Assembly: GCF_006345805.1 (NCBI RefSeq)
Contig: NC_042999.1
Span: 130,200,001-130,264,000, forward strand
DNA: 64,000 nt
Direction of reading: 5' to 3'
From: Octopus sinensis
Taxonomy: Eukaryota
The notes below the pieces were generated by a model. That model made no database searches. It was given only the letters and a program-made list of their open reading frames with translations, and had not been told where the DNA came from. Below are positions 50,131 through 63,574 of the stretch, one piece after another. Both the position numbers and the translations under genes were made by a program. How positions within the stretch are numbered: the stretch's first letter is position 1; each line of letters opens with the position of its first letter.

Positions 50131-51596
50131 TGGTTATCAAATAAAGCTCAATATTCTTCTAGCCATCGCTCATCATCTCTTTTATATTAAAATAAAGAAC
50201 AAAAAACGAAGAATGAATTTAATGCAACTTTAATATCGTCACAACTGTCTACATCACTGCGTGTCTAACCATATTGCATGTGAATGGTTCAGTTTGAATG
50301 ATTACACAATGTGTGGTTGAATATGCTGGAGTTGCACTTCATCGACTAGCATTAAGTGTGCTTATATGTGTATACGTATATATGCATGTGCGCACCAGCA
50401 TGCGCAAGCAGTATGTTGTAACAAATATCATTTCATTCATACGACGAATCCCAAAGGTCACGATATGATAATATACTCAAGATCGCTATTTTCCCAAACT
50501 AAGCATAAAGAACGAACAGCGAAATAGGAAAGATCTTTAATAAAAATAAACAAAAAGACATCATGAATGCATATAAGAATTACAGAGAAAGTTGATTGAA
50601 CGTTAGACTTGGGGACACAGGTTATGAAAATTTTAAACGGAAATTCTCGAACTATAAGAGACTATAGAAAAACTAGTGCGTAACACATCTTTACATTTCT
50701 TCTTACCTATTGACTATGTACAGATGTTGCTCTCAATTCTAATAAGACAATGCTTCTACAGGAAAGCCAGCCTAGCCTTAGTGAGAAGCTGTGAGGATTG
50801 AAATGGGGGCGGACAAAATTGCTATGTCTAAAAAAAGATTTAAGATGGATAAACTTTTAACTTCTCCATCACCAAGTCAACGAAAGAACGATATGGATAA
50901 AAACTCTGTTCTGTCATTAACAAAAGGGGCGGTTGGCAAATATTTTCAGTTGTACATTTAATGTGTGCTAGTATTTGTTTGAGAACTAATGGTATAATGT
51001 GTAGCAGTATACGAAAGCTTTACAGTCTTTACAAAGGGAAAATATTATTACCAACTGAAGGACACAAATTTCTTAACTTCTCACAGTCCACTCTCTGATC
51101 AAATTATACTTTAACCTTTAAAAGAAAATATGATTAAAACATAAATAGCTGAACTCGAATTACTTTATTCATTTCTCAAGACTCTTAGTAATAAGAATTT
51201 AATAAAATTTGATACCAAGTTGTAGCACATATTCATGAGTGAAAATGATAAGAGAAATATAACCACAACCACACATTTAACCCTTTGACTGCGTAATTAA
51301 GTTTCCTGTTATTTCCTGTAATGGTGTTCATTATCCACCAAAAAATAGAATTGATATTTTCTGCTTCTGCAATAGTTTTTCATCGTCTCATGCATGTACA
51401 GCTTTTTTTTTTCAGAAAGATATATTTGAAATATGAGAAAAAACTTCAGGAAAAATCTGTCAAATTGTTTTCTGTCCCTACTTTACACAACATAAGTTGT
51501 TTTCAAAGCACTGGGGCAAAAGCGTTTTCCGCAGTTAACGTTGTTGAAATTTTGAGCGGATTTATCTGCTTTCCACGTTGAAAGTTTTAAGAATAT

Positions 51597-51975
51597 TAAA
51601 GGCGGTGAATTAGCAGAATTGTTAGTGTCGAGCAAAATGCCTTCCGACTCTATATTTCTGGATTCAAATCTCGAGGAGGTTTATTTTCTTCCTTTAATCT
51701 CACCAAAGCCTATAACATAGGGAATCAGTTAATCCCCTCCTCTCAAACTTTTGGCCCAGTATTTCAATCAGAAACCATTACTAAGACAAGCTCCGCAGAA
51801 TTATTACAAATTTGGAAAAAGAAAATCCCCTAAAACTTAGCAGTATTTCTTTCGGCTCTTAGCGTTCTGGGTTCAAATTCCACTGAGATCAGTTTTACTT
51901 TTCAGCCTTTCGAGATCAGTAAAATACCTGTGAAATGCTAGAGTCATGGCATCGACTAAGCCCCTCCTTTTGAGC
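51597..51975 (+). mobile_element. two diverged family B SINE copies
   Basis: AAGGCGGTGAATTAGCAGAATTGTTAG head; GGGTTCAAATTCC and TTTTCAGCCTTTCGAGATC body. Confidence 0.65.
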
Positions 51976-52649
51976 CTTGAGCAAAAGAACATTACTGTTA
52001 TTGTTATTGTTGTTATTAGTATTGTTGTTCATCATCACTATCACTGGCACAGTTATAAAAAAATGTTTATCTTGGAATCAAACGTGAGATATTTTAAAAC
52101 TCAGCCGTTTATTTTCTTTTCATCCTTTTTATTATTTTTTTCCCACTGTTCCAATCCATCATACTATTTTTTTCTGTATTTCTTCCTGTTCGTCTTTCCC
52201 TGCCTCCGACTGTTCATTACAAGCAAAAATTCTCTAACATTTAGTTTGGCTAGTAAGTTGGAGTCTTATAGTGCGATAGATAATTATCTTTTAATGTTTC
52301 AGAAGAGAAAACAACATTATTCAACACATAAATACAGCATTTATTGATTGTTGCCATGGCAACAACAAAATACAGCTTCTCTTCTTTTACAGCCTGCAAC
52401 TTATATTTAGTGAAATTCGGTAGTTAGAATGAGTGACTACTACAAAACAACTCGTAATAAAGTCAGCAAAACCAGCCAACTTACTCATAAATATCCCTTA
52501 AAATGGAATTATTCTGTCTGCTTTCTAATCCGTTATTTCCATCTTGGATTTTTTTTTAACTCCATTTTCTAAGGTAGCTTGCTATGGATGATATAAATAG
52601 GGGAAAATATTAAATTTGTTTTGACTCTTTTAACTTGTGTTAATAATCC

Positions 52650-52760
52650 TTCTAATGTCAGGCCTGACATTTTGGGGGAAGGGACTAGTTGATTATATTG
52701 ACCCCAGTATTTCACTGGTACTTAATTCATCCGAAGGATGAAAGGCAAAGTCGACCTCGA
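52650..52760 (-). mobile_element. 5'-truncated family B SINE
   Basis: GACCCCAGTA..CTGGTACTT..GAAGGATGAAAGGCAAAGTCGACCTCG. Confidence 0.8.
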
Positions 52761-55093
52761 TGTTGTTGATGGTGGTGATGTTTAGCCCCAGATTAGCTCT
52801 CATAAAGGACGATTCTCTTGTCTCACCCCACCTAGGTAGTCTGTATAGGATTTATATTATTCACTGAGGCCTTCCATTTTTTAAATAAATAGTAGGGCTG
52901 CAATTCTAGCAGGTGACCATTGGTCATGATAACATGGGCATAGCTTTCGTTATTTGTGGATGTATTATATTTAGTGGTAGTGGTGGTAGCAGCTGCGGCC
53001 TTAATGTTGGTATGGGCAGTATAGGTGTTAAACGCGTTGCTTCTATTGTATACAGTGGTCGTTTTTAACGATGGGAGCAGCTTAGCAATTATATGTATTC
53101 TGGTGGAGAGATTTAGCAGGGACATCGAAGCAGTAGGAAAGAGAAGAGCGTATGAATACTGAAACACTGTAATGTAGAGAACTTCATGAAGAACATCAGT
53201 TAATACAGCATAATATGCCAGAAAATAGGGTGATTTGCTTTTAATGGTTAATCAAAACAGTTCTTAAAATGCATTTTAGCTTCCGTTTCGGTAAATAGCC
53301 GGAAACAAAATTTATTCTAGAGGATTTCAAATACTGTTAATGTCGTTTACTTTTTTATATAGCATTTTTAATTTCAGCAGCTTATGAACGCTCGCCCTGT
53401 GAATATAGTTATACGCATATTATAAAAATGTTTTTAATCATTTCCAAACCAAAACTCTTTGTTCCTCTCCGCCGCATCTCGTATCTATAGCATATTATGG
53501 CATCAATTCTATAATTTTATATATAGGTCATATTTAATGATTTTCTTTAACAACTTGAGAATGGATGAATGTCATTGTTGTTTAGTCCCAGGTCAATCTT
53601 GATAAAGCGGATCTAAGATCAAATGCTTTCCAGTAGGAATTAGATTATCTAAAATAGTCATCCCACTTTTAACGATGACGAGATGAGATTTGAGGAAGAT
53701 TTGGTTACTACTTCTAGCATATCGATCGACCACGCAGTTTCTCCCGTTGGATCAGGAAGAATAATGACAATGAAAATAATAACGATGACTATTCTTGCCT
53801 TGTTTCATGCATCGGGCATTGTTTGAGGAAGCCACGCGACTTTAATAGATTTTTCACTGATATATCTGCAAAGTCGCATGCTGTCATGTCTTTCATTCAA
53901 TTCACGGCTGTATTTAGCAATGAACTTGACTGCTGTTTTACCGACTCCGAAAGGTAGAAAGGCCTAGTTTTCTCGATGGGGTTTCAGCTGAGGCAATTGC
54001 TTGACAGACGTAATTAGATATATGTTGCTGTATCTCGAGCAGCATTTTGAAACCGATAATAGGATGTCTTTAGTAGTAGTTGTGGAAATATTGACAACCA
54101 CTGGTTTGCTTTCGTTGTAAACATCGAACCTAATCGAGTTGTTACAGCTTCTGTTCCTCAACAGAGGAACTGACGTGACAAAATTTGCGGATCAGTAAGG
54201 TCTCGGTACATCAAATTGTATCACTTGAGCCAATGACGGAACCCATAAAAGGTCGCTCGACCTGCTGTAAATAGTAACCAAATCTCCCTCGTAACGGATT
54301 CTACCGTTTTCTTTTTAAGAATAGAAGTGTATATTCTGCAATGTGGTCTTAGATACATGTCTGAGATAAAAGATGGCACGGTCACAACTGGAATACCTTT
54401 GATAATGTCTACTCGATCAAACTTGATCTGCAGGTAAACAGCAAAGATATCCTTCTTTTCACTGCAGATATATTTATCACTAAATTGGTCTTTGTAAAGA
54501 CCAAAGACATTAATTTCGCAGAAAGTACCTTAATTTTTTGCAACCGAACCCTCTATGGCCACTAAACAGATACTCAAAATCTATCAGTTTTACAAAATAA
54601 TTTGTAATATGTTGGGATGGGTATTATTCTTGACTCTGAATTAGTTGTTATCATTGTTGTTGATTTTCGTATTCTTGTTATTCTTATTGTGTCATGCAGT
54701 AGGTATTCAGTTTTACTCATATACAAATAACTTGAGTCTATACGACTCGGGCCTCAAGTCTAATTAGAAGCATCATTATTATCCCCACAATCATTAGCGG
54801 CAGCAGCAGCATTATTGTTATCATTATTATCATCATTGTTATCAAGATTATTGTTTGTGTCCCCATCATATGTTATCAATGGCCAATTTTGCGGCCTAGT
54901 ATCAAATTTATAGATCATAATTGCTGTTGCAGCTTTTTTCTCACGAATAATTCTGATTAAGGCCAGCCTGAAATTTTCATTTCTTTCACTGATGAATTTA
55001 AGTAATTTATACCTAATAATAAACTTGTTCTTTTTATTTAGCCTAATTTCACTCAAGCTTCTAATTAATTTTTCATTTTCCTTTCTTCTTTAG

Positions 55094-55191
55094 ATGTGTG
55101 ACAAAGAGAAACTAATTGGTGAACTACGATCCCGCCTCTCGTCTGTCGGGAGGCTGGAAAATGAGGAGGATTTCTTTATTTCCACGGAAAA
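55094..55191 (+). CDS. candidate coding exon MCDKEKLIGELRSRLSSVGRLENEEDFFISTE(N/K), unidentified gene
   Basis: Long polypyrimidine acceptor TTTTTCATTTTCCTTTCTTCTTTAG, donor AA|GTAAGT; only frame 0 is open; GC/purine-richer than flanks. Confidence 0.6.
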
Positions 55192-56084
55192 GTAAGTTAT
55201 TTTGTGTCGTTTCTCGGAAAACTGCTGCATTTTTTCATATAGTGTTATTCTTGACTTATACCGTTTTCACCTTTCTGGCACCAACACCACTATTGGCTAC
55301 TACCAAATATTGTTTTCAGCACTATTACTGCTGCCATTTCTATGAATAGAATGTATGTACATGCACTATTGCAGAAGTCAGCTGACATGTGAATATGAAT
55401 ATTTTGGCTACTCTTGTGGAAAAAGGGGAGCGTGTATGGTGAACATTTACAGTACTTAGGGCAAATCAATGATAATCAGTAAATATTTATATTACTAGTT
55501 TCAAATACCAAATCGGAAAAGCATAAAGCGGAACAGAGACGGAGAAAATTCCGATTGAATAAATAACCAGAAGAGACAATTTAATAAGAATGTGTGTGTG
55601 TTATTTTCTCTTCAGTTGATAGTTTCTCACTGTTTGAAGGTGATTAATCTATTTTTAAGAGTTTTCATTTTACTATCTACAAATATTTATTTCTAATTTA
55701 AATTTCAGTTTTTATTGGCGAAAAGTATAGCTATTTATTTGAGACGGGCTATCGTAAATCAGAGACCTTTTTGTTTACAAATCTATAATGGCCTGTATGT
55801 GTATGTATGCATGAATGTATGCCTGCAAATACTTACATCTATTCGTTTTATGACCTATATTATTACACTTGGGTTTCTCAGTTTATCACCTTTTCAGGCG
55901 ACAGATGTTCAAATTTCTTTCTGCCATATTAAACATTTTTGTATGAACAAGAAATCATAAGCAGAAATTCATGACTAACGACTCAAAGTATGAGCCAAAT
56001 AAATAATTTTTTCTAGAACATGTATTCAGTACCTTTTCTTCCGTTTATTAATAAACAACTTACTCTTTACTCTTTTACGCTTTT

Positions 56085-56310
56085 ACTTGTTTCAGTCATT
56101 TGACTGCGGCCATGCTGGATCACCGCCTTTAGTCGAGCAAATCCACCCCGGGACTTATTCTTTGTAAGCCCAGTACTTATTCTATCGGTCTCTTTTGCCG
56201 AACCGCTAAATGACGGGGACGTAAACACACCAGCATCGGTTGTCAAGTAATGCTAGGGGGACAAACACAGACACACAAACATATACACACATACATATAC
56301 ACATATATAC
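56085..56310 (+). repeat. dispersed repeat (TTTCAGTCATTTGACTGCGGCCATGCTGG family)
   Basis: Partial paralogue at 31615-31660 (TTTCAGCTCACGAGCTGTGGCCATGCTGGGGCACCGCC). Confidence 0.7.
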
Positions 56311-56321
56311 ATATATACGAC

Positions 56322-56482
56322 AGGCTTCTTTCAGTTTCCGTCTATCAAATCCACTCACAAGGCATTGGTCGGCCCGGGGCTATAGCAGAAGATACTTGCC
56401 CAAGATGCCACGCAGTGGAACTGAACCCGGAACCATGTGGTTGGTAAGCAAGCTACTTACCACACAGCCACACCTGCGCCTC
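56322..56482 (-). mobile_element. tRNA-derived SINE, family A
   Basis: Reverse: AGGCGCAGGTGTGGCTGTGTGGTAAG..GGTTCAGTTCC..CTTGGGCAAG; homologous to 453-600. Confidence 0.9.
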
Positions 56483-57227
56483 TTTTTCTCCTTGGTTCCT
56501 TTCTCTCTCTCTCTGGCTTCTCTGTAATCACTCCCTACTCAAAATGCATCATTGCTACATCCTGTTTTCCTTTTGTATATTCTTGACCGTTCAGTCAGTT
56601 GGCTTTTCCTCCTTATCGTCCCTTCCTATGTTTTTATGTAATTTTCCGTTTGTATCCCTTTTTTAAACATGCCAACGCGTCGTATCTCTTTTTTTTACAT
56701 TTATTGGATAAAGAGTATTGTTGGAAAGTTTCGAAAATGCTGTGATAATCCAGTTGAAACCTATGTATTTGCGCTGAATATCATAGCAATTTTGAATGTT
56801 CCGATGGTATTGTTCAATCCAGTGATCTTAACTATTAGTTTTCCGTTGTTTTTTTTAAGAAGCGATGTATTAGATTTTATTGAATTATAGTTCAATAAAA
56901 TAATTCCTGTTTTTAATGTTATTCATTTAATTTTCCGTGATCAGCTTTACGATTCTATGATACTTGGAAGATCCATATGATCTCCTTATAATATCACAGG
57001 ACAAAACTATGAATGTTGCTTATTCTGAGATTTTGGATTAAACAAATGTCCAAGAATATTTTGCCGTAATTCCTACTTTACTGAAAATAGACAGAGGTCC
57101 TTTTGTATTAGTAAAATAATTTGTAACATGAAAAAAAAATCTGCGCATGACTTAATGGTGTGACTTTGATATAACAGTCGGGAACATGTGCGCGCGCGCG
57201 TCTGTCTGCCCACTCGATTTATGATTA

Positions 57228-57611
57228 ACTAGCAGTATCGCCCGGCGTTGCTCAGGTTTTTAAGGGAAATAACTATAAAGCATTTTTAGAGAGTTATAGC
57301 CAAAAAATAGCAAAAAGATGGAAAAAATGATGGTAAATTTTTTTTTTAGTTAAAAAAGGTGGAGTTGCGTCCCCTAGACATTTTGCGGTTTGTGTTTCTG
57401 ATTCTCGACCCCATGTCGAATTTATCGATTTTTTTCAGAACTGGGGGAACTTTTCAAAATTTTCGCTGTGTTAGTTTTAAATTATGACATTGGGCTATGT
57501 GTGTGTCAAGTTTCATCAGAATCGGTTGAAAGCCGTTGTCAGGGTGAGGGTACAAGAAAACAGACACACAGAAACACGCACAGACAAACTGCCGTTTATA
57601 TAGAGAGAGAT
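57228..57611 (+). mobile_element. non-autonomous Helitron/Helentron-like element
   Basis: Starts ACTAGCAGTATCGCCCGGCGTTGCTC, contains AAGTTTCATCAGAATCGG, short (ACAG/ACAC) repeat, ends TTTATATAGAGAGAGAT; architecture recalls Lep1/DINE-like elements. Confidence 0.6.
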
Positions 57612-58394
57612 ACTTGTGAATAAGTTTCGCTTATAGCAAGTAGACACCACATTCTGAATTTAGAAATCGTTTCTCTTCAGACTAAAGTTTAGAAAACTTT
57701 ATAGCAAATGCCGAAAGCAATGTTTTATGTTGTGTTCTTTTTCGTGTGAAGGTTTTTTTTTCCAATTAAATGTAAAAACTATGATAATGTTAGAACTTCT
57801 TTTTTTTTTTTATATATAAAATAAAAATGTGTGATGTGAAATATAAAGATGAGCAGCTTCCTTAGAGAAATTATAAATTTGCATTCTTATTTATTGGCTG
57901 AAGTGATAAGTGCCAGTTCTTTCCTCCATTACAAATTTGCTCCAGAATCTTGTGTTGAAAGAATAAGGGGATTGTTAAAAGGAATACATCAGTTCATTGA
58001 AATCATTGATACTGTTTAATTACCCACTGTACAAGGTGTGAATCCTTTCCTTCTGAATCAATAAAACTAGAATTACTTCAATTCATACCATTACAACAAT
58101 AATAATCCATCATGATATAACGAGATAGAAACCAGCGCTTTAGAAGTTAATACTAAATCATTTCATTTACACCGTTTTGGTCGACGAGCCAACGAGGAAG
58201 CCTCTGTGGCTGCTTAAGCTACAAGAAAAGCAGCAAAATCCACTCTGAAATGACATTCCATCTCTTAGAATAGGTGACACTGGATAATATAGTCCTATGT
58301 TCTTTGCACACAGAAAAAAGACTGGGCGAATAATCTGTCTTTCGAGCAGACTGAATTTTCTTGAATGTGATCTGGATTATGTAATGTATTTTTT

Positions 58395-58515
58395 CTACTC
58401 CAGGGACAAGGCCCGAAATTTTTGGGGAAGGGTCAGTCAATTAGATCGAACCAGTACGCAACTGGTACTTAATTTATCGACTCCGAAAGGATGAAAGGCA
58501 AAGTCGTCCTCGGCG
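58395..58515 (-). mobile_element. 5'-truncated family B SINE
   Basis: ACAAGGCCCGAAATTTT..CAGTACGCAACTGGTACTTAATTTATCGAC..GAAAGGATGAAAGGCAAAGTCG. Confidence 0.85.
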
Positions 58516-58551
58516 AAGATTATGTAATGTATGCGTCTGCCTGCCTGCTTG

Positions 58552-58718
<167 letters not shown>

Positions 58719-59384
58719 GTGTGTCTGTGTGTGTGTCTGTGTGTGTGTGTGTGTGTGATGAGTATTTGAATATATAGTTTCTTGTGAACTTTGTCAAGAT
58801 TTGTTTGGTAAAAGTTCTATTCTATATAAAACTCTTTAAGTGGCCATTTCATCTGAAGAGGAAATTTAGCTTTTATAATATATACCACTCTGAGAATACA
58901 AAAATTTCATGAATGGCCATTTGAGATTGTTGTGATATTTTGATTGCATTGTTTCTGAATATTGTGTTTTATTTTTAAGCTGTACAAGATTGAAATGTAA
59001 TATCTATCTATGCCAAGCTGTTTCAGTGGTTTTCAGCTGCAGATGTATGAGCCTGTTGAAGATGTGACAATGCTTTTCAATAGAGATAAGTGTAGACTAG
59101 TATTATAGTATATATTGTATGGAAATGTGTGGTAAGATGTATGAGAGATTAGAGATGTCTGACTCAGGGATAGTTTCAGAGATAGAACTGTTTGGTTAGA
59201 TGTAACAGAGAAAAGAAAGCGTTAGGTTGTTTGAGTCCAGAGATAACTAAATAGTATTCAAGAATGATCTATTAATAGAATGTCATTGGAAAAGACGTGG
59301 ACACTGCAGCGTCTCATTTCATTCTTTTTTTTCCGCATAATGCTCGAAAACGACGTATGAGCGTTCAGATTTTGCTGAACGACC

Positions 59385-59625
59385 TTCAGAAATGGTTTGT
59401 TTATAGTGATCAAGTGTATGCATCGTACATTAGCCCACTCCATCAAATCGACGTTGCCTGAACAGATGCACCGTCAACCACACATCAGGAATCGAAATGA
59501 TCGCAGAACAACATGAGTTGAAGTGTTTGCTCAAGAACTAAAAGCAGCATCCTGTCTCGGAATTGAAACTACGATCTTGCGATCGTGAGTGCAACACGCT
59601 AACCATCAGGTCAGCTATGCGTCCT
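59385..59625 (-). mobile_element. tRNA-derived SINE related to family D, diverged
   Basis: GTGTTTGCTCAAGAAC, GGAATTGAAAC..CGATCTTGCGATCGTGAGTGCAACACGCTAACCA shared with 39490-39590. Confidence 0.75.
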
Positions 59626-59971
59626 CACATTTATAATAATGTGAGAAAAGCATAATTTCTTCTGTTCCTCAAAACTAGACAGACAAATCACGAAGATGCA
59701 AAAGGAATAAAAACTGTAAATAACAGTGAGTGTGGTTATTCTGATACTTTCTCGCCAAACAAGTAGAATATTTTCTTTTGGTGTGTAAATATTGATATAA
59801 TGGTAGAAATGATGGTTGTGACAATTGAAATAGAATTGCTAAAGTTAATATTCGAAGTGAACTTGACAGTAGTGATTGTTAACGCACAAGCAGTAGTTGC
59901 TGTCTGCTGTGCCGGTAATTAGGCACAGAATAACATTTCTTTTCATTCACCTTTCTTCCACTGATTTACAG

Positions 59972-60026
59972 TTTGAAAGATTTCTTGCCCAAAACCCTCC
60001 ATTTTGGATCAATATTCAAATATTAA
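59972..60026 (+). CDS. candidate 55-nt exon, possibly same gene as 55094-55191
   Basis: Acceptor TTTCTTTTCATTCACCTTTCTTCCACTGATTTACAG, donor AA|GTAAGC; reads FERFLAQNPPFWINIQIL (phase 0) or LKDFLPKTLHFGSIFKY* (continuing the upstream exon directly). Confidence 0.45.
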
Positions 60027-60574
60027 GTAAGCATGAACTGCATTGCTAACTGATTATAAACTCATTGATTTAAATATCAAACCGGTTGGATATTTATCGA
60101 AAGTTCTAGAGATTAGTTTATACACAAACTGATAGCGAAAACATGTCCAATTTATCCACTCACCCATACTTCTCCCATAATTGAATGAAAATGACTTTTT
60201 ATTGATTATCTCATGTGCAAACACTCGATAAAGGGAACGAAAAACAAACAAACAAACAGACAAACAAAAAGAATGAAAATATTGGACAAACATGAACGGT
60301 CTTGGTCACTGTTGATAATTGTTTCATCTTACTCTCAATTGCACAATTGAAATCCTGTATGGAATAAAGCAAATAAAACACGCCTAGAGAGTAGCAATCA
60401 ATTAAAATAATAATGAGATCCTATATTAAATAATTTTGATTAATTAGAGCCCGAAATTAAGCTCCCGAAAGCTAATGATACTGAGAACACAAACTTTTAT
60501 TATATTTTTTATTATATATTTCTTTTTAAAAAATGATTAATTTGTTTGATTTAAATATGAAGACAGAAAGGTTA

Positions 60575-60967
60575 GAGCGTCCGAAGAAGTCCTTGATGTC
60601 TTTTGTTTTCGTTCTTTATACACTCTTAATTTCGATCCTTCCGAAGTCAATTAACCCTTTGTACTCCTGGCGGTCGATAAACTAAGATACCCGTCAAGTA
60701 GCGGAGTCGATTTAAATTATTAAACCCTCCTCAAAATTGCTAGACTTGTGTTCAACTAAGGAATTAGTGAAGTCAACAGATTTACCGGCACTTCCTCCAG
60801 CTGCTTATGTTCTGAGCTCATATCTTGCCGAGGTAGACTTTAAGTTTCATCCTTTCGGAGTCGATAAAATAAGAACCAGTTGAGTACTGGCGTCGATGTA
60901 ATCGGCTTGTTCCCTCTCCCAAATTTCAGACTTTGTGGCTATAGTAGAAAGGATAATAATAGTAATA

Positions 60968-61011
<44 letters not shown>

Positions 61012-61090
61012 GCGCAATTTGAGCTCAGAACATAGAGACGGTCGAAATGCTGCTGTGCATTTTGCCTGGTTTGCTAACGATTCTGCCAAC
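60575..61090. mobile_element. three diverged family B SINE pieces around an (ACT)n tract
   Basis: Bodies at about 60620-60740 and 60820-60950 (+), head remnant 61010-61090 (-). Confidence 0.65.
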
Positions 61091-61109
61091 TCACATTATT
61101 ATTATTATT

Positions 61110-61670
61110 ATTATTATTGAGTGAGAGAGCAGTGCATACCATCAAAGTGACACTGGGGTAAAATATACGAAGCCCAGTATACCCATCATGACTACCCGTC
61201 TGATAAGGGTACACTAGGGTACATGTATCACAACCATTTGTGCACGACATGGTGAGCTCATATCAAGATAAACAGCGCATGACCTTGCAGGTGGGGGCTC
61301 AGTTAGAATTTTCTACTGGTCGAGTAACCAATCCCACTCAAAAGGTCCCTGAATAAGAGTTGTTTAAGGATGTTGAACGAAACACCCATGTTTCCAGAGG
61401 TGAATTATTCAAACCCCAAAGAATCCCTCTCAACACATGGCTATGATGTTCCCCCACTAATTCTACTTGTGATCAGAGATGCACATATCGTCAGCCACTT
61501 AGGGACATGCTCAACGGTTTAAGGTCAAACAACTGACAAGCAAATCTGTGGTATTGAGCAGAATATTTGCTGTAGCCCCATCTTTTATACCAAGACAAAA
61601 CAATGTACATGATAACACTTCCAATCAGTTAAGATCAGAAGCCACGAGAACCATTGCCTGGTACTGCATC
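61110..61670 (+). repeat. about 560-bp dispersed repeat flanked by (ATT)n
   Basis: GAGTGAGAGAGCAGTGCAT...GCCTGGTACTGCATC; internal part homologous to 38880-39025. Confidence 0.8.
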
Positions 61671-61761
61671 TATTATTATTATTATTATTATTATTAACTG
61701 AAGTTTATTGAATTGTAACTCCGAAATTCACGTATTCATTCGTTAACTCGTGTGTGTGAGA

Positions 61762-61814
<53 letters not shown>

Positions 61815-61837
61815 TGTATAAAGAAATATTTTGTTAC

Positions 61838-61997
61838 ATGTTATTAATTATTTAAAAACTTTTTGAAAAAATAGAATGACACGAATGTTTTGCAATGAAG
61901 TCAACGTATTGTATAACACAACAACACGTAAGCTTCATTCCAAAAGATTCGTGTCATTCTATTTTTCACAAAGTTTTTCTTTTTAAATAGTTAACAA
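61838..61997. repeat. foldback / MITE-like inverted repeat
   Basis: TGAAAAAATAGAATGACACGAATGTTTTGCAATGAAG (61864-61900) vs CTTCATTCCAAAAGATTCGTGTCATTCTATTTTTCA (61933-61968), with looser outer arms. Confidence 0.85.
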
Positions 61998-62321
61998 CTT
62001 TTAAGAAAATGTTGCAGCTTTATCAAGTAATTTTTTGACGATACATTCACGCGCGCGTCTGTGCGTCGAAAAGGATCATGTGAGTTAATCATTGAATAAT
62101 TTCGAATACGGCTTGAACAATTTTGAAAGCGACCTACTGCAAAGCGCGCGAATCACAATGCTACTACTATCATTTTTATTATCTCTACTTCCGCAAGTAC
62201 GGTGAAGTATATGCTTCACTGAGCCGAGGCAGTTTAAAATCACTATATCCAGAACCGTCTTCGTACTTGTCGGAATAATTAAAATGATATTAATAATAAT
62301 TTTTTTTTTCTCAACACATAA

Positions 62322-62746
62322 CTTTTCGGTTTGAACGGCAGTTTTTTTCTAGCGGTGTCATATGAAATTGTCACTCATAATTATAACCCTAGAATCGATC
62401 TATTGCATTTCAATCTCTTTTAGAGTTAGGGTTAGTTAGGGTGGTTTAGGGGTGGGGGAAGGGTATCTTTTTTTCTTCACAAATGTAAATAAACCCAATC
62501 TGTTTCTTAAACGAGGGACATATTCATACGGCACATAATGCTTTTTAACTCAATAGACGTCACTGATTGGTTGAAATTGCAGAAATTGAAGAAAAAAAAA
62601 ACAACAAATATCTTACAAACTATAGAATTTTCTCAATAAAGGCAAGAGAAAAATATGTTTTATAAACACATTCTACCAGTATACGAAGTTTAAAATTTTT
62701 TAATTAGAAATTATGTTAAAAACTGCCGTTCAAACCGAAAAGATCT
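62322..62746. mobile_element. MITE related to 47142-47760
   Basis: TIRs CTTTTCGGTTTGAACGGCAGTTTTT / AAAAACTGCCGTTCAAACCGAAAAG; right 140 bp shared with 47620-47760; TTAGGGTTAG motif inside. Confidence 0.85.
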
Positions 62747-62915
62747 TATCAAATTACTAATTTAATGTTCACTAAATTAAATATGCTAAGATTGTGTATG
62801 ACTGTGACCGAATACTTACCTATCGTCTGTTCGCTTTTTAGAGCAGGACGGTGGGAGAAAAGTAGATGTTGAAGTTCTTGTATTAATGTAACCGATATTA
62901 ATATAACCAACAGTT

Positions 62916-63360
62916 AGGCGGCGAAGTGACAGAATTGTTAGCATGCCAGACAAAATGCTTAGCGGCATTTCGTCTGTCTCGGCATTCTGAGTTCAAATTC
63001 CGTCGAGGCTGACTTTGCCTTTCATCTTTTCGGAGTCGATGAAATAAGTTCCAGTTGAACATTGAGATCGATGTAATCGACGTATCCTTCTCCACCAAAA
63101 TTTCTGGCCTTGTGCCAAATTTGAAACTCTTATAACCGAGAGTAGTGTATATGTAGATTAACTTGTGGTATTTAAAAAATTGTAGTTTGAGGGAAAATGA
63201 CCTTTATAAACTGCAAAAGGCTTCAAATTCCTGCCGAGGTCAACTTTGCATCTCATCTTTTCGGAGTTTATAGAATACAATACCAATCAAAAACTAGGGT
63301 CGATTTAATTGACTAACCCCATCTTCCTAAACTTACTGGCTTTGTGCACAAATTAGAAAG
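62916..63360 (+). mobile_element. two family B SINE copies (62916-63128; 63215-63360 diverged)
   Basis: AGGCGGCGAAGTGACAGAATTGTTAGC head, GAGTTCAAATTCC, GACTTTGCCTTTCATCTTTTCGGAGTCGAT. Confidence 0.85.
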
Positions 63361-63574
63361 ATTTATTATTCAGTCCGTCATTGCTAGACTTTAAAAGTTA
63401 TCAATACCGACCATTTATTGGATTAAATCCCTAGGTTCTCTAAGCTTGTTAAAGCAAGTTCTGACGTTCACTTTATTCCACATTTTATTTTTACATGCTG
63501 AGTCTGGAGGAAGGGGAAGAGCCCATGACATATGTAAGCCCCTCCAACACTTAGTGATACTGTTGCTGTTGTGT

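Noticed and set aside
52832-53167. 111-aa ORF as a host exon
   Set aside because: Low-complexity T/N/A-rich, ends in a stop without donor, no recognisable domain.
59972-60026. NPPF motif suggesting an N6-adenine methyltransferase
   Set aside because: Four residues in one of two possible frames, without the preceding hydrophobic beta-strand context; insufficient for a call.
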